Below, piece by piece: positions 7,480 to 17,178 of a stretch of 64,000 nucleotides of DNA. Source of the DNA: a virus (taxonomy: Duplodnaviria > Caudoviricetes); the IMG/VR virus record IMGVR_UViG_3300042332_000866, positions 1,517 to 65,516 of that record; one strand, 5' to 3'. Made by a program: the position numbers and the translations under genes. The notes under the pieces are model-generated. The model worked only from the letters and a program-made list of their open reading frames with translations. It made no database searches and was not told the DNA's origin. Position 1 is the stretch's first letter. Every line of letters begins with the position of its first letter.

Positions 7480-10400
7480 ATGTCCGACGCCATCAGCGCC
7501 AAAAAGCTACTCCCGCCACAGAGAGTTCCATTCACTCCGCTTTCGACGGACGTTTTTGTCGTCGAACAGTTCAATGTCGTCCAGTCTCCGAATGACAGCA
7601 TTCCTGCGTACGGCACAGCCCACGATACGATCAGTAAACTGAAGTCGTGGCCGAATCATAAGTTCTGTCATCAGACTGATCCTGACGAGCAAGGTAACTA
7701 CCAGCGGGTTTATGTTGCCGACCAAGGCACGCAGCACCTTTATAACTGGGAGACTAGCGACGCTCCTGACTGGCCGACGATCACTCAGACATTCATTGTT
7801 CCGAGAGCGACCTACGTCTTCCGCCCAACCACACCCGACACGACTTACCCACCACCACCAAGCGGGAACGTCAACACGACAGGCTACTCGATAACCAGCG
7901 TCGAAGAACAACGGATTGGAGAGCCAAGACTCGACAGTCTTTATGTAGCAGTCAAAATTACTCGGGAGAACGTCGCACTGACACAAGTCCGCCGCTACGT
8001 CGATCTAGACACCAACACCGTTCAAGAGGAGACAGTTCAGAAAGTCCCAGCTGGAACTTCTGGTTCGGCGGTCGGCGCATCAGGCACCTACACAGATGTC
8101 TCGCCGCTGAACTCATACTGGTCCACGTCCTCAACCAAAAAAGCTCAAGGATTAGCGGGTAATGCCGTTCTTGGAGTAGCTTCCCGAACGATGTATTACC
8201 GGGACAACTACACCTGGCCCAGAGTTTTAAACTACATCGACATCCAGCCTATCTTGGCAGACCCCAGCGATATTTATTCGCCTGCAAGAGGGTTCGCTTG
8301 GAGACCTGTTTGGCTAGCGGATGCTTTTGACGGGCCGTGCAACTACACTCTTGTCGAGCGGTGGACGTTGGCGAAACCGATCTTTGGCGGCAACCCAAGC
8401 TGGAACACGACGACTGGAGGCAGTCCTGATATTCCTGAAGAGACGCCAATGTTAAGGCAAGAGATCGTCTTCAACGGGGTCGATTTAAATATCAATATTC
8501 CCGCCTGTCTGCACCGGGAGATTCAGATCTGGGACACTCAGTTCTACGGCAGCTACCCGGCTACAACGCCGACAAACTGGCCTGCAACTGTTCTAGCTAG
8601 GGTAACTATATCCCCGGATCAAGGCGGCTGGTTGACCCGCATGTTCTACGTTGATTCTCCCGATAGCTCAGGAGTGGCTACTGGAATCGACCTAGCTCAG
8701 ACCTCAGCAACCGCTAATACCTTTACGCTAACTTGGTCGATAGACGCCGCTGTCCCCGCAGGGACAATCAAGCTGAACGTAGCTACGGACCCAAGTTTTA
8801 GTAATGGATTCCTATCCGGGTATCAAAATCTGACGGTAACAGGCACGACGATTCAGGTTTTAGGGGCGGCAAGAGGACAGATTTACTATGCCCAAGTGTC
8901 GCGTGGAGGGGTAAAGTCCAACATCACTGTGTGTTTGACAGACCCACAACCTGAACTGTCTGTTACTAAGAGCAAACAGAACTTGCTGTCGGGCGGAACT
9001 CTAGCAGTAGGTTCAGCCGAACTAGGAGCTTCAGTATCAGATACCATAACACTTGAAAGTGTTGGTCTTGAAGCGCTCACAGGCATAAAAGCCTTAATAG
9101 CAGATATTCCGCTAGACCCAGATTCAAGCGCAGGCTCATTTAGCATCACAGCACCTCCAGTAACGCTTTCTCCGACCACAACAGCGAACCTAAATATACA
9201 GTTCACACCCAAAGCCGTAGGTTCTAAGACGGCTAGGCTGACGATCACTTCGAGCGATGCTGCTTCCCCCTACACGCTAACGCTGACAGGCATCGGAGTT
9301 GCCGCAGAAGTTCAAATCGAGCAACCTGTTGGAAACATCTTAGTAGATGGTTCCAGCACCGTTGATTTCGGCACAGTTACAACTGGAAGTGCAACTAAGA
9401 CTTTCCGAATCACTAACATCGGGAATACAACTCTTCGTTTGATTGAAGCTACCATAACTGGGGATAATGCTGATGACTATACGTTAACTACTCCGATAGC
9501 TTCGACAGAACTAGCTCCTAGCGCCTACGAAGACTTTATCGTAACTTTCGACCCAGTAGTGAACGCTAACGCTAGCGAGGCCCGCATAGCCACACTCTCA
9601 GTCACCAGCTCTGACGGCGATGAGAATCCGTTCACAGTATCTCTGACAGGGGTTTCAGACAGTCCATCTGCCCCAGGAGCGCCGGATCTCACTTACAACC
9701 CGAATGCAAACGGAACGATATTAAGTGCTGCGGTGCAGGCAGATGGAGAGGTTATCGTGGTGGGCGAGTTCACAAACATCGTCTCGACAGCGAGGAATTA
9801 CATTGCCCGACTCAATACAGATGGGACACTCGACGCCTTCAACCCGAATGCCAACGGCATCGTTAGGTGTGTTGCCATTCAGGAGGATGGAAAGATAATC
9901 GTTGGGGGCGACTTCACTAACATTGCTTCTACCGCTCGAAACTACATCGCTCGTCTCAATACTGATGGGACCATAGATGCGGGCTACAACCCTAGTGCAG
10001 ATGGCTCAGTGTATTGTCTTGCCATCAAAGAGGACGGAGAGTTAATTGTCGGCGGCGGGTTCGCCAATATCGGCGGTGGCGCTAAAGCCTATTTAGCTCG
10101 CCTCAATACTGATGGGACGTTGGATGCCGCATTCACTTCCGAAGTCGGCACTGTAACAAACCCTGGGGCAGTCTACGGTGTTCAAGTTCTGAGTGATAAC
10201 CGCGTGGCTATTGTTGGAGACTGGTACGACACTGGAAATACAACTACCACGACGACCACAACAACTACGACTACTACGACTACTACGACTACTACGACCA
10301 CTGAGGAGCCAACTACTACGACTACTACGACTACTACGACCACTGAGGAGCCAACTACTACGACTACTACGACTACTACGACCACGGAGGAGCCAACAAC

Positions 10401-10578
10401 TACAACTACGACTACGACGACCACGGAGGAGCCAACAACTACAACTACGACTACGACGACCACGGAGGAGCCAACAACTACGACTACTACAACCACGGAG
10501 GAGCCAACCACCACGACGACTACTACGGAAGAGCCTACAACTACTACGGAAGAGCCGACAACTACAACACCTCCATGA
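7480..10578 (+). CDS. Tail protein with Ig-like (ASH/choice-of-anchor D) domains, delta-60 repeats and a Thr-rich C-terminal tract
   Basis: VDFG...TFRITNIG Ig-like motifs; repeated QxDGKIIVGGDF...RNYIARLNTDGTLD; (EEP-Tn)x8. Confidence 0.8.
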   Translation: MSDAISAKKLLPPQRVPFTPLSTDVFVVEQFNVVQSPNDSIPAYGTAHDTISKLKSWPNHKFCHQTDPDEQGNYQRVYVADQGTQHLYNWETSDAPDWPTITQTFIVPRATYVFRPTTPDTTYPPPPSGNVNTTGYSITSVEEQRIGEPRLDSLYVAVKITRENVALTQVRRYVDLDTNTVQEETVQKVPAGTSGSAVGASGTYTDVSPLNSYWSTSSTKKAQGLAGNAVLGVASRTMYYRDNYTWPRVLNYIDIQPILADPSDIYSPARGFAWRPVWLADAFDGPCNYTLVERWTLAKPIFGGNPSWNTTTGGSPDIPEETPMLRQEIVFNGVDLNINIPACLHREIQIWDTQFYGSYPATTPTNWPATVLARVTISPDQGGWLTRMFYVDSPDSSGVATGIDLAQTSATANTFTLTWSIDAAVPAGTIKLNVATDPSFSNGFLSGYQNLTVTGTTIQVLGAARGQIYYAQVSRGGVKSNITVCLTDPQPELSVTKSKQNLLSGGTLAVGSAELGASVSDTITLESVGLEALTGIKALIADIPLDPDSSAGSFSITAPPVTLSPTTTANLNIQFTPKAVGSKTARLTITSSDAASPYTLTLTGIGVAAEVQIEQPVGNILVDGSSTVDFGTVTTGSATKTFRITNIGNTTLRLIEATITGDNADDYTLTTPIASTELAPSAYEDFIVTFDPVVNANASEARIATLSVTSSDGDENPFTVSLTGVSDSPSAPGAPDLTYNPNANGTILSAAVQADGEVIVVGEFTNIVSTARNYIARLNTDGTLDAFNPNANGIVRCVAIQEDGKIIVGGDFTNIASTARNYIARLNTDGTIDAGYNPSADGSVYCLAIKEDGELIVGGGFANIGGGAKAYLARLNTDGTLDAAFTSEVGTVTNPGAVYGVQVLSDNRVAIVGDWYDTGNTTTTTTTTTTTTTTTTTTTTTEEPTTTTTTTTTTTEEPTTTTTTTTTTTEEPTTTTTTTTTTEEPTTTTTTTTTTEEPTTTTTTTTEEPTTTTTTTEEPTTTTEEPTTTTPP
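10240..10575 (+). repeat. ACN-rich coding repeat (poly-Thr with eight EEP spacers)
   Basis: Tandem ACTACG/ACAACT units interrupted by GA(G/A)GAGCCN. Confidence 0.95.
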
Positions 10579-11162
10579 TCCCTCTTGATAGCGTTCCTCC
10601 AGCCCGACCTTACACAGAGAACAGTGAGCACAGCCTTCCTTGGCATACTCACTTCATAGGTCAGCACATGCAGCACAATTATTGGCTTTACGCCATTATC
10701 GACCGTGTGATGATGGCGAACCCACAAATCCGCAGCATAGTGGAGTTAGGGACGGGAGCAGGAGCTGTTTCCACGGTATTTGGTCTGTGGGGTATCAAAA
10801 AGGGAATGTCTGTGCTGACCTTAGACAACGTGATTCGGCACGACACCAAGATCCTTGCCGCGTTGAAAGTCCGTTTTCGCCAACTCGACATTTTCAGTGA
10901 AGATGCAGCTAACGAGATACAAGGTTGCGTCGGAGACTCCCCAACTTGGCTATTCTGCGACGGAGGTTTCAAAGGTAAAGAACTGCAAACCTTTTCTCCT
11001 AGTCTACCTAAAGGCTCTATTATCAGCGCTCACGATCTCGGCGTAGAGTTCAAGCACGACTATCACGCAGCTGCTCTTTGCCGAGAAGGCGTTATCGAAC
11101 CGTACCGCCCTGAGTGGTGGATGGAGAATAACATCCAGTTAGCGATTTACAAAAAGCTATGA
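10575..11162 (+). CDS. Class I SAM-dependent methyltransferase
   Basis: IVELGTGAG SAM motif; LFCDGG and AHD motifs as in Methyltransf_24/CmcI-like enzymes. Confidence 0.75.
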   Translation: MIPLDSVPPARPYTENSEHSLPWHTHFIGQHMQHNYWLYAIIDRVMMANPQIRSIVELGTGAGAVSTVFGLWGIKKGMSVLTLDNVIRHDTKILAALKVRFRQLDIFSEDAANEIQGCVGDSPTWLFCDGGFKGKELQTFSPSLPKGSIISAHDLGVEFKHDYHAAALCREGVIEPYRPEWWMENNIQLAIYKKL

Positions 11163-11992
11163 AATTAACGATCTCTATGGCGGTTTATGACGATTTCGAT
11201 GGTGTTTTCTTCACCATCCAGTCGTTACGTATGCACCACAATCTTCCTGCCGATACAGAGTTTGTGGTGATCGACAATAATCCCGTCGGCCAAAATTCTG
11301 AAGCCACAAAAAGATTCCTGAAGGCGATCCCCAACACTAAACTCATTGAAGAAAAAAGCCGGAAGAGCAGTTTCGTCAAATATGATGCCTTTAAGCACGC
11401 AACAGGTGATGTCATCCTCGGCCTTGATTGTCACGTCCTCTTGCAGACAGGTTTTATAGACTCCCTCTTAGCTTGGTGGGAGAACAACCAAGGAAGCCCT
11501 AACCTACTCACAGGCCCACTTCTTTACAACGACCTTATTTCTAAGTCCTCCCACTTGTCGGAGACATGGCGCGGCAACGACTTTGGCACTTGGGCCACGA
11601 ATAGCGAGGCTATGGAGACAGGAGAACCATTTGAAATCCCTATGCAAGGGATGGGTTGTTTCTCCTTTTGGAGAGCTACCGCGCCCCACCCCAACCCGGA
11701 TTTCCGGTGCTTTGGGGCCGAAGAGTGGTACATGGCCGAACGCACACGTCGCAACGGTGGACGAGTTATATGTCACCCTCAGATGGGCTGGATGCACCGA
11801 TTTAATTGGCCCCCTCGCACGTTTCCGATGGCACTCAACGACAAAATAGTGAACTACTATCGAGGCTGGTTGGAGCTGTATGAAGACGTTAACCGTCCAC
11901 GTATGCAGGAGATGACCCAACATTGGTTAACGCTCATTCCGCAAGACAAACTGGACGAACTGATTAAAAAAGCTAAATTGCCTCCCGTATGA
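11159..11992 (+). CDS. Glycosyltransferase family 2-like (GT-A)
   Basis: LTISMAVYD, FVVIDNN, GLDCH (DxD-like), FGAEE motifs. Confidence 0.8.
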   Translation: MKLTISMAVYDDFDGVFFTIQSLRMHHNLPADTEFVVIDNNPVGQNSEATKRFLKAIPNTKLIEEKSRKSSFVKYDAFKHATGDVILGLDCHVLLQTGFIDSLLAWWENNQGSPNLLTGPLLYNDLISKSSHLSETWRGNDFGTWATNSEAMETGEPFEIPMQGMGCFSFWRATAPHPNPDFRCFGAEEWYMAERTRRNGGRVICHPQMGWMHRFNWPPRTFPMALNDKIVNYYRGWLELYEDVNRPRMQEMTQHWLTLIPQDKLDELIKKAKLPPV

Positions 11993-14900
11993 GTATCCCT
12001 AACCGAATCGCCGTCCTTAATTCTGATGGGACAACTGACACCTCTTTCGCCCCCGGAGCAGGTTTGGATGCCGCAGGATACAGTGTCCAGGCTACTCCTG
12101 ACGGCACGGTAATCGCAGGCGGTGCCTTCAATATGGTGAGTGGTTCAGTACAAGCTAAACTGGCTTTCTTTGATGCTGATGGTGCCCTTCAAGAGGGTAC
12201 ACCGACACCCAACAACACCGTCCGCACCCTCGCACTGCAAACAGACGGATCTGTGATATTCGGCGGGGAGTTCACCAACGTCAACGGCACAACTCGTAAC
12301 CGAATTGCCCGTCTCGAAAGCGACCTGACACTAGAGTCTGCCTACAATCCCAACGCAGGAGGCACCGTGTATGGGTTGCTCAACCAAGAAGACGGAAAAA
12401 CCGTCGCTGTTGGAGCCTTCACGACCGTGGGAGGAATAACCAGAAACAGGATTGCACGGCTCTATAATGACGAGGCACCTAAAACACTTTCGGTTCTGTC
12501 AGTCGATCTTATTCAATGGTTGCGAGGAGGTTCATCTCCAGAAGTTGAGCGTGTCTCCTTTGAACTTAGCACCAACGGCGGAACGACGTACGCAGACATC
12601 GCAGGAGTAACCACTCGGATCGAAGGCGGCTGGCAGCTTGTGCCCGCTTCCTCTTTGACTGGTGACGGGATTATTCGCGCCAGAGCCTACCCGACAGACT
12701 CCCACAGCGAGGGTATTCTTGAAGACACGGTCACGTTCGACGTAAATCCCGAGATCGAAGTGTCGCAAGGTTCCACAATCCTAGTAGATGGCTCCAGCAC
12801 CGTCACTTTCGACGACACCCAACTCGGATCATCCCGAGACGTGACTATAACCATTACGAATACCGGGCTCACACACCTTGATCTGCAAGGGGCGACTAAA
12901 GTTCATCTTACAACCGGAACACAGTGGTCAGTAGTTTCCCAACCGACTTCACCTATTGAGTTCGGCGATTCAGTCAATTTTACCCTTCGTTTCACTCCAA
13001 CTTCCGCAGGAGCTAAAACAGACACCGTCACTATTGACAACAGTGACCCTGATGAAGACCCATTCACGTTTGGCCTGAGTGGCGAGTGTCTCCCAGGCCC
13101 CGGCTCGGTCGATAATTCATGGCAGGTGACGCCTAATGCTACAACCTATGCTATAGCTTTGAATGCCACTGATGACACCCGGATCGGCGGCGAGTTCACA
13201 ACGGTCAATGCGTTGAATCGGAAGCGTTTTGCCAGTATCCGAGACACAATACCAGTATCAGTTTTGTCTCAGACAGGTAGTATAGATAATGGTGTCGTAT
13301 TTTGCTTCTGCCAGCTCCCAGACGGTAAAGTGCTGGTCGGTGGAACATTCACATCGGTAAATGGTGTCACACGTAATCGTCTAGCTAGGTTTACTTCAAG
13401 CGGAGAGTTCGATGCCTCTTTTAATATAGCTGCAAATGGTGACGTACGTTCACTCGCTTTACAAGCTGACGGCTCAGTTATCGTGGGGGGCTTTTTTACC
13501 ACTTTTTCAGGTGTGGCAAGACAAGGCTTAGCTAAAATCACTCCAACAGGCAGTCTCGATAACAGGTTTAACCCAGTATCTTCTTCTTCCTTTATTTATA
13601 ACATTGCCACACAAACAGACGGAAAAATACTAGTCTGTGGATTATCAGGAATTGATCTAGCTTTTCCAGCTATACAACGGTTGAACAGCGACGGGTCGAG
13701 AGATTCTACCTTCGAGGCCAACGCAAACAGCACTGTTTGGACATCTTTGGTAGCTGCAAACGGACACATCTATGTTGCAGGCAGCTACACTAGTATCGGA
13801 GGAGTCAGCAAAAGAGGTCTTAACCGACTCAATTCAACAGGAGCACTTGATGCAACCTTTAGCGAGGTTCAAACTGCGGCTGTATCTTTAGCTTTGCAAT
13901 GCGACGGAAGGTTGATTGCAGGTAGCACCTCTGCGGGTTCCTTGTCTTCTACTGAAAGATTAGTTCGTCTCAGCGCGACCGGAACTAATGACTCTACATT
14001 CGTAGCTACCGCACGAAACAACGTATTCGGTCTTGGGTTACAATATGACGGTAAGGTAATTGTTGCAGGTAATTTTACCTTAGCTGGAGGAACTACTAAA
14101 TATGCCTCACGCCTAATAAACGATCTTGGCGCATCTGTATCTTCCCTATCCGTAGTAAGCGAAACAGAAGTTCAATGGCTGCGTGGAGGCACAGCTCCAG
14201 AAACTCAAATAGTGGTTTTCCACTATAGCCAAGACGCAGGTATAACTTGGACGAGTCTAGGACAAGGGACACGTATAGCCGGAGGATGGAGGCTGTCTTC
14301 AATAGCTCTCCCTATTTCTGGCCTACTTCGAGCACAAGCATACATCCCTTGCGGTTTGTACAACGGCAGCACGTCAATTCACGAAGAGCAGGTGACGTTC
14401 TCCAATTTACCTTCGCCAGACCTTGTTGTAGAGTATCCAGTAGGTACAGTCATCGCGGACAACGGAACAGCAACACTGCCGGGAACCCTAGCTCAACAGA
14501 CATCCGACGCAATCATCACTTTGCGTAATACCGGAAATGCTAATCTGAGCAGCATCGTAGCTTCCTTTGCGGGAAGCGCCGGAGACTTCTCTATTGTCAG
14601 CGCTCCAGCCTCCTCGGTGGCCCCCAACGGAACAACAACGCTGACGTTGAGGTTCTCCCCGCCAACTAATGCTATCGGCGTGAAGGTGGCAGCAGTTAAC
14701 ATCACCTCTAATTTGCCCGGAACAAAAAATCCCTACAAAGTCAATCTTCGGGCCAGCGCCGTAGGCGTACCTATAGCTACGACCGGATCTAGCTCAGCCC
14801 CAGCTTCAGGACAAAGGACTTTGAACGGAACTTTCCGAGCAAACCACGACACAGCTTCCGCTTACTTCCAATACAAACTAGCTTCTGCAACCACTTGGAC

Positions 14901-15078
14901 TAATTCAAGTGCTACGACAATATCTGGATTTACAGATGTGCCTGTATCACAGGTAATCACAGGGCTTACTCCCGGACAGGCTTACCAATACCGAGCTATC
15001 ATCTACAATGCGGTGAATGCAGGTCAGTTGCCTGCCTCACCATTCGTCGGAAGCACCTCATCCTTTACCGCGACATGA
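11989..15078 (+). CDS. Tail/receptor-binding protein with delta-60 beta-propellers, Ig-like and FN3-like domains
   Basis: Many LQxDGxVxxGGxF...NRIARL repeats; two WLRGGxxPE...RIxGGW modules; C-terminal GLTPGQAYQYR FN3-like motif. Confidence 0.8.
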   Translation: MSIPNRIAVLNSDGTTDTSFAPGAGLDAAGYSVQATPDGTVIAGGAFNMVSGSVQAKLAFFDADGALQEGTPTPNNTVRTLALQTDGSVIFGGEFTNVNGTTRNRIARLESDLTLESAYNPNAGGTVYGLLNQEDGKTVAVGAFTTVGGITRNRIARLYNDEAPKTLSVLSVDLIQWLRGGSSPEVERVSFELSTNGGTTYADIAGVTTRIEGGWQLVPASSLTGDGIIRARAYPTDSHSEGILEDTVTFDVNPEIEVSQGSTILVDGSSTVTFDDTQLGSSRDVTITITNTGLTHLDLQGATKVHLTTGTQWSVVSQPTSPIEFGDSVNFTLRFTPTSAGAKTDTVTIDNSDPDEDPFTFGLSGECLPGPGSVDNSWQVTPNATTYAIALNATDDTRIGGEFTTVNALNRKRFASIRDTIPVSVLSQTGSIDNGVVFCFCQLPDGKVLVGGTFTSVNGVTRNRLARFTSSGEFDASFNIAANGDVRSLALQADGSVIVGGFFTTFSGVARQGLAKITPTGSLDNRFNPVSSSSFIYNIATQTDGKILVCGLSGIDLAFPAIQRLNSDGSRDSTFEANANSTVWTSLVAANGHIYVAGSYTSIGGVSKRGLNRLNSTGALDATFSEVQTAAVSLALQCDGRLIAGSTSAGSLSSTERLVRLSATGTNDSTFVATARNNVFGLGLQYDGKVIVAGNFTLAGGTTKYASRLINDLGASVSSLSVVSETEVQWLRGGTAPETQIVVFHYSQDAGITWTSLGQGTRIAGGWRLSSIALPISGLLRAQAYIPCGLYNGSTSIHEEQVTFSNLPSPDLVVEYPVGTVIADNGTATLPGTLAQQTSDAIITLRNTGNANLSSIVASFAGSAGDFSIVSAPASSVAPNGTTTLTLRFSPPTNAIGVKVAAVNITSNLPGTKNPYKVNLRASAVGVPIATTGSSSAPASGQRTLNGTFRANHDTASAYFQYKLASATTWTNSSATTISGFTDVPVSQVITGLTPGQAYQYRAIIYNAVNAGQLPASPFVGSTSSFTAT

Positions 15079-15266
15079 CCAACGAGCAAGAAGAGCGCCT
15101 AGCAGCTATGGAAGGTGAGCAAGGCGACGAACGCCAGTTTGAAGCTGTCCAAGACCGTACCAAAGAGTTGATAGAGCAGAGTTTCGACCTGTTCAGAATC
15201 ATCTCAGGCGGGAGTCATACTTCCGTGCTGAAAGGCGAAAACCACTTAGTTAGTTACATGCCGTGA
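15075..15266 (+). CDS. Hypothetical protein
   Basis: 63 aa, ATGA overlap with the upstream gene. Confidence 0.55.
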   Translation: MTNEQEERLAAMEGEQGDERQFEAVQDRTKELIEQSFDLFRIISGGSHTSVLKGENHLVSYMP

Positions 15267-15442
15267 ACGAAGAAGAATTTAACCAAATGACCGCTCAACA
15301 ACAAGCTGATGCTTGGTTCGCGGAACTTGGGCAAATGCTTCGGGAAGCCCAGCAGGACATCTTCTTTCGAGCCGATAACGAAGAAACGATTGTCGTAACC
15401 GGGCTAACCACTATCGTCGCTGAAAGAGAGGACGTGTACTGA
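15263..15442 (+). CDS. Hypothetical protein
   Basis: 59 aa from GTG (MNEEEFNQMTAQQQADAWF...), fills the gap with overlapping stop/starts. Confidence 0.55.
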   Translation: MNEEEFNQMTAQQQADAWFAELGQMLREAQQDIFFRADNEETIVVTGLTTIVAEREDVY

Positions 15443-16062
15443 TGACTTTCTCCCAATACCAACAGCTTCAAGGATTTGCCAGAAAAATGATCGCTGACAA
15501 AATAGCGGCGATACAACCGAGAGCAGGCAACTTATTCAGCGTCGTAGGCGATGGAATTGCCGTTGAATTACCAAAGGATTCTACAGTAGACGAACAAACC
15601 GAAGAGCGATGGGTGTTTACTCTGTACTGCCGACGCCGATACATAAATATCGGACAAGGAGAGTATGATACCGAATGGTCCGACTGGGTTGTTGCTGCTT
15701 GGGCACCGAGAACTAACTCTGCGATCCTATCGACGAGTTTCTGGGAGCAAACATCTTTCTTCAACGTCATTCCAGACGAAGAGGAAGCTCAGCCGTTCGG
15801 TAGGTCGGTAGAGGTGGATTTTCAGATCCGCACGTCACCAAGACCTTTTCCAGGCGGCGGCTGGCCAAGTTTTGAAGATGCGGAGTACCGATCGCCTATC
15901 GAACTCACTCTAGATGAAAACATCATGGAGCAAGGCCGACCCATAGAAACCGTAGAGACCTACAAAATAAAACTCCATCGCAGCGGGCATCAACAGACAT
16001 TTAACCCCGAAACACCCAACACGTTCTATGAGTTGAGGCCCACAGCTTTTACGAGACTTTGA
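15442..16062 (+). CDS. Hypothetical virion protein
   Basis: 206-aa ORF coupled to the previous gene. Confidence 0.6.
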   Translation: MTFSQYQQLQGFARKMIADKIAAIQPRAGNLFSVVGDGIAVELPKDSTVDEQTEERWVFTLYCRRRYINIGQGEYDTEWSDWVVAAWAPRTNSAILSTSFWEQTSFFNVIPDEEEAQPFGRSVEVDFQIRTSPRPFPGGGWPSFEDAEYRSPIELTLDENIMEQGRPIETVETYKIKLHRSGHQQTFNPETPNTFYELRPTAFTRL

Positions 16063-16073
16063 TCGTATCCAGC

Positions 16074-16101
16074 TTGACTCCTACAGTGCGTCAACTAAAA
16101 T
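16074..16101 (+). promoter_or_regulatory. Sigma70-like promoter
   Basis: TTGACT-16 nt-TAAAAT, 12 nt before ATG 16114. Confidence 0.55.
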
Positions 16102-16113
16102 CAGCATCAAAAT

Positions 16114-17178
16114 ATGGCTTATCCACAAGAACGCAGAACTCAAGTCTTTACCGGCCCTCGGTTTGATAACCGCGTGTACCGAAAAGGTAAAATACAAGGT
16201 TACAGTCAAAATCAAAACCTAGATCCACGGCGATCAGGTGCTGATGCCGCAGCTATGTTGGAAGATCAGGCAGGTATCAAAGCCGATAGTCAGGGAAATT
16301 GGGGGTCAGTTAGAGATTATCAACGAGATCTGCTTTTAGGGTCTCAACAGCGTAATTCTCTGTCTCCCGGAGTCAAAGCTGGGTATGGCTCGACGCTGCG
16401 TACGCCGTTAAACTCGAACCTTACTCCTCGAAACTTCTCTGAAGGTATCCGTCAACGTAACCAGACTCTTACCCCCGGAGCACCGGCTATGTCCCGCGAA
16501 CAACGTATTGCTCAATCGCAGCAGGAAGGGACTTTCGACACCATTCGCGACAAGTACAATGCTGAGAACGCTGGTTCTGGCCTACGGATGAACCGTTTCG
16601 GAAATATCCGTCAGGTAGCTCCGCAGACTGAAGGAATGAATGCTGCTTCGCTACCAGACTATCTAAAACGCCCTAACCAAGCTCTTGACCCAGACACTCC
16701 GGGAGGAGCTTCCGCAGCTGCTAGGGCCAAAATGATGCAGCCCCGTTCAGCTCTTGGAGCCTTGACTAAAGGGCTAGATTACAGTCTAACAGCTGGAAAA
16801 ACAGGTTCTGCGCCAGCAGGAACTTCAGCCACACCGACATCAGTGTCGGCGGCTACGACAGCAGCCCCAAGTCAACAAGACATGAACCGAGCTGCTCTTG
16901 AAGATCGCGCTTCAGGTTTGCGTCTCCTGCGTGAGATGAGCCAAACGCCACTTCAAGTTACAGCTACTGAAGGCGGTAAGAGTCTCGTCGGCAAGTATGG
17001 AACAGGTTCATCTACGGCTACTACCGGATCGGGTAGAAAAGAAGGCATGATCAACGGGAAACCCGCTTCAGAAGCTCTTCAAGAACTCGCCAATAAACCT
17101 GGGATCGCTCGCAAAGGTGACAAATATCAGCCACAGAAATGGTCAGCAGAAGATCTTCGCAAACTGAAAGCTAAATAA
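16114..17178 (+). CDS. Putative internal virion protein
   Basis: 354-aa low-complexity Q/A/G/S-rich ORF in the structural block. Confidence 0.55.
   Translation: MAYPQERRTQVFTGPRFDNRVYRKGKIQGYSQNQNLDPRRSGADAAAMLEDQAGIKADSQGNWGSVRDYQRDLLLGSQQRNSLSPGVKAGYGSTLRTPLNSNLTPRNFSEGIRQRNQTLTPGAPAMSREQRIAQSQQEGTFDTIRDKYNAENAGSGLRMNRFGNIRQVAPQTEGMNAASLPDYLKRPNQALDPDTPGGASAAARAKMMQPRSALGALTKGLDYSLTAGKTGSAPAGTSATPTSVSAATTAAPSQQDMNRAALEDRASGLRLLREMSQTPLQVTATEGGKSLVGKYGTGSSTATTGSGRKEGMINGKPASEALQELANKPGIARKGDKYQPQKWSAEDLRKLKAK

Noticed and set aside
10182-10727. Poly-Val ORF on the minus strand and LLR-repeat ORF in another + frame
   Set aside because: Shadow frames of the ACN Thr repeat
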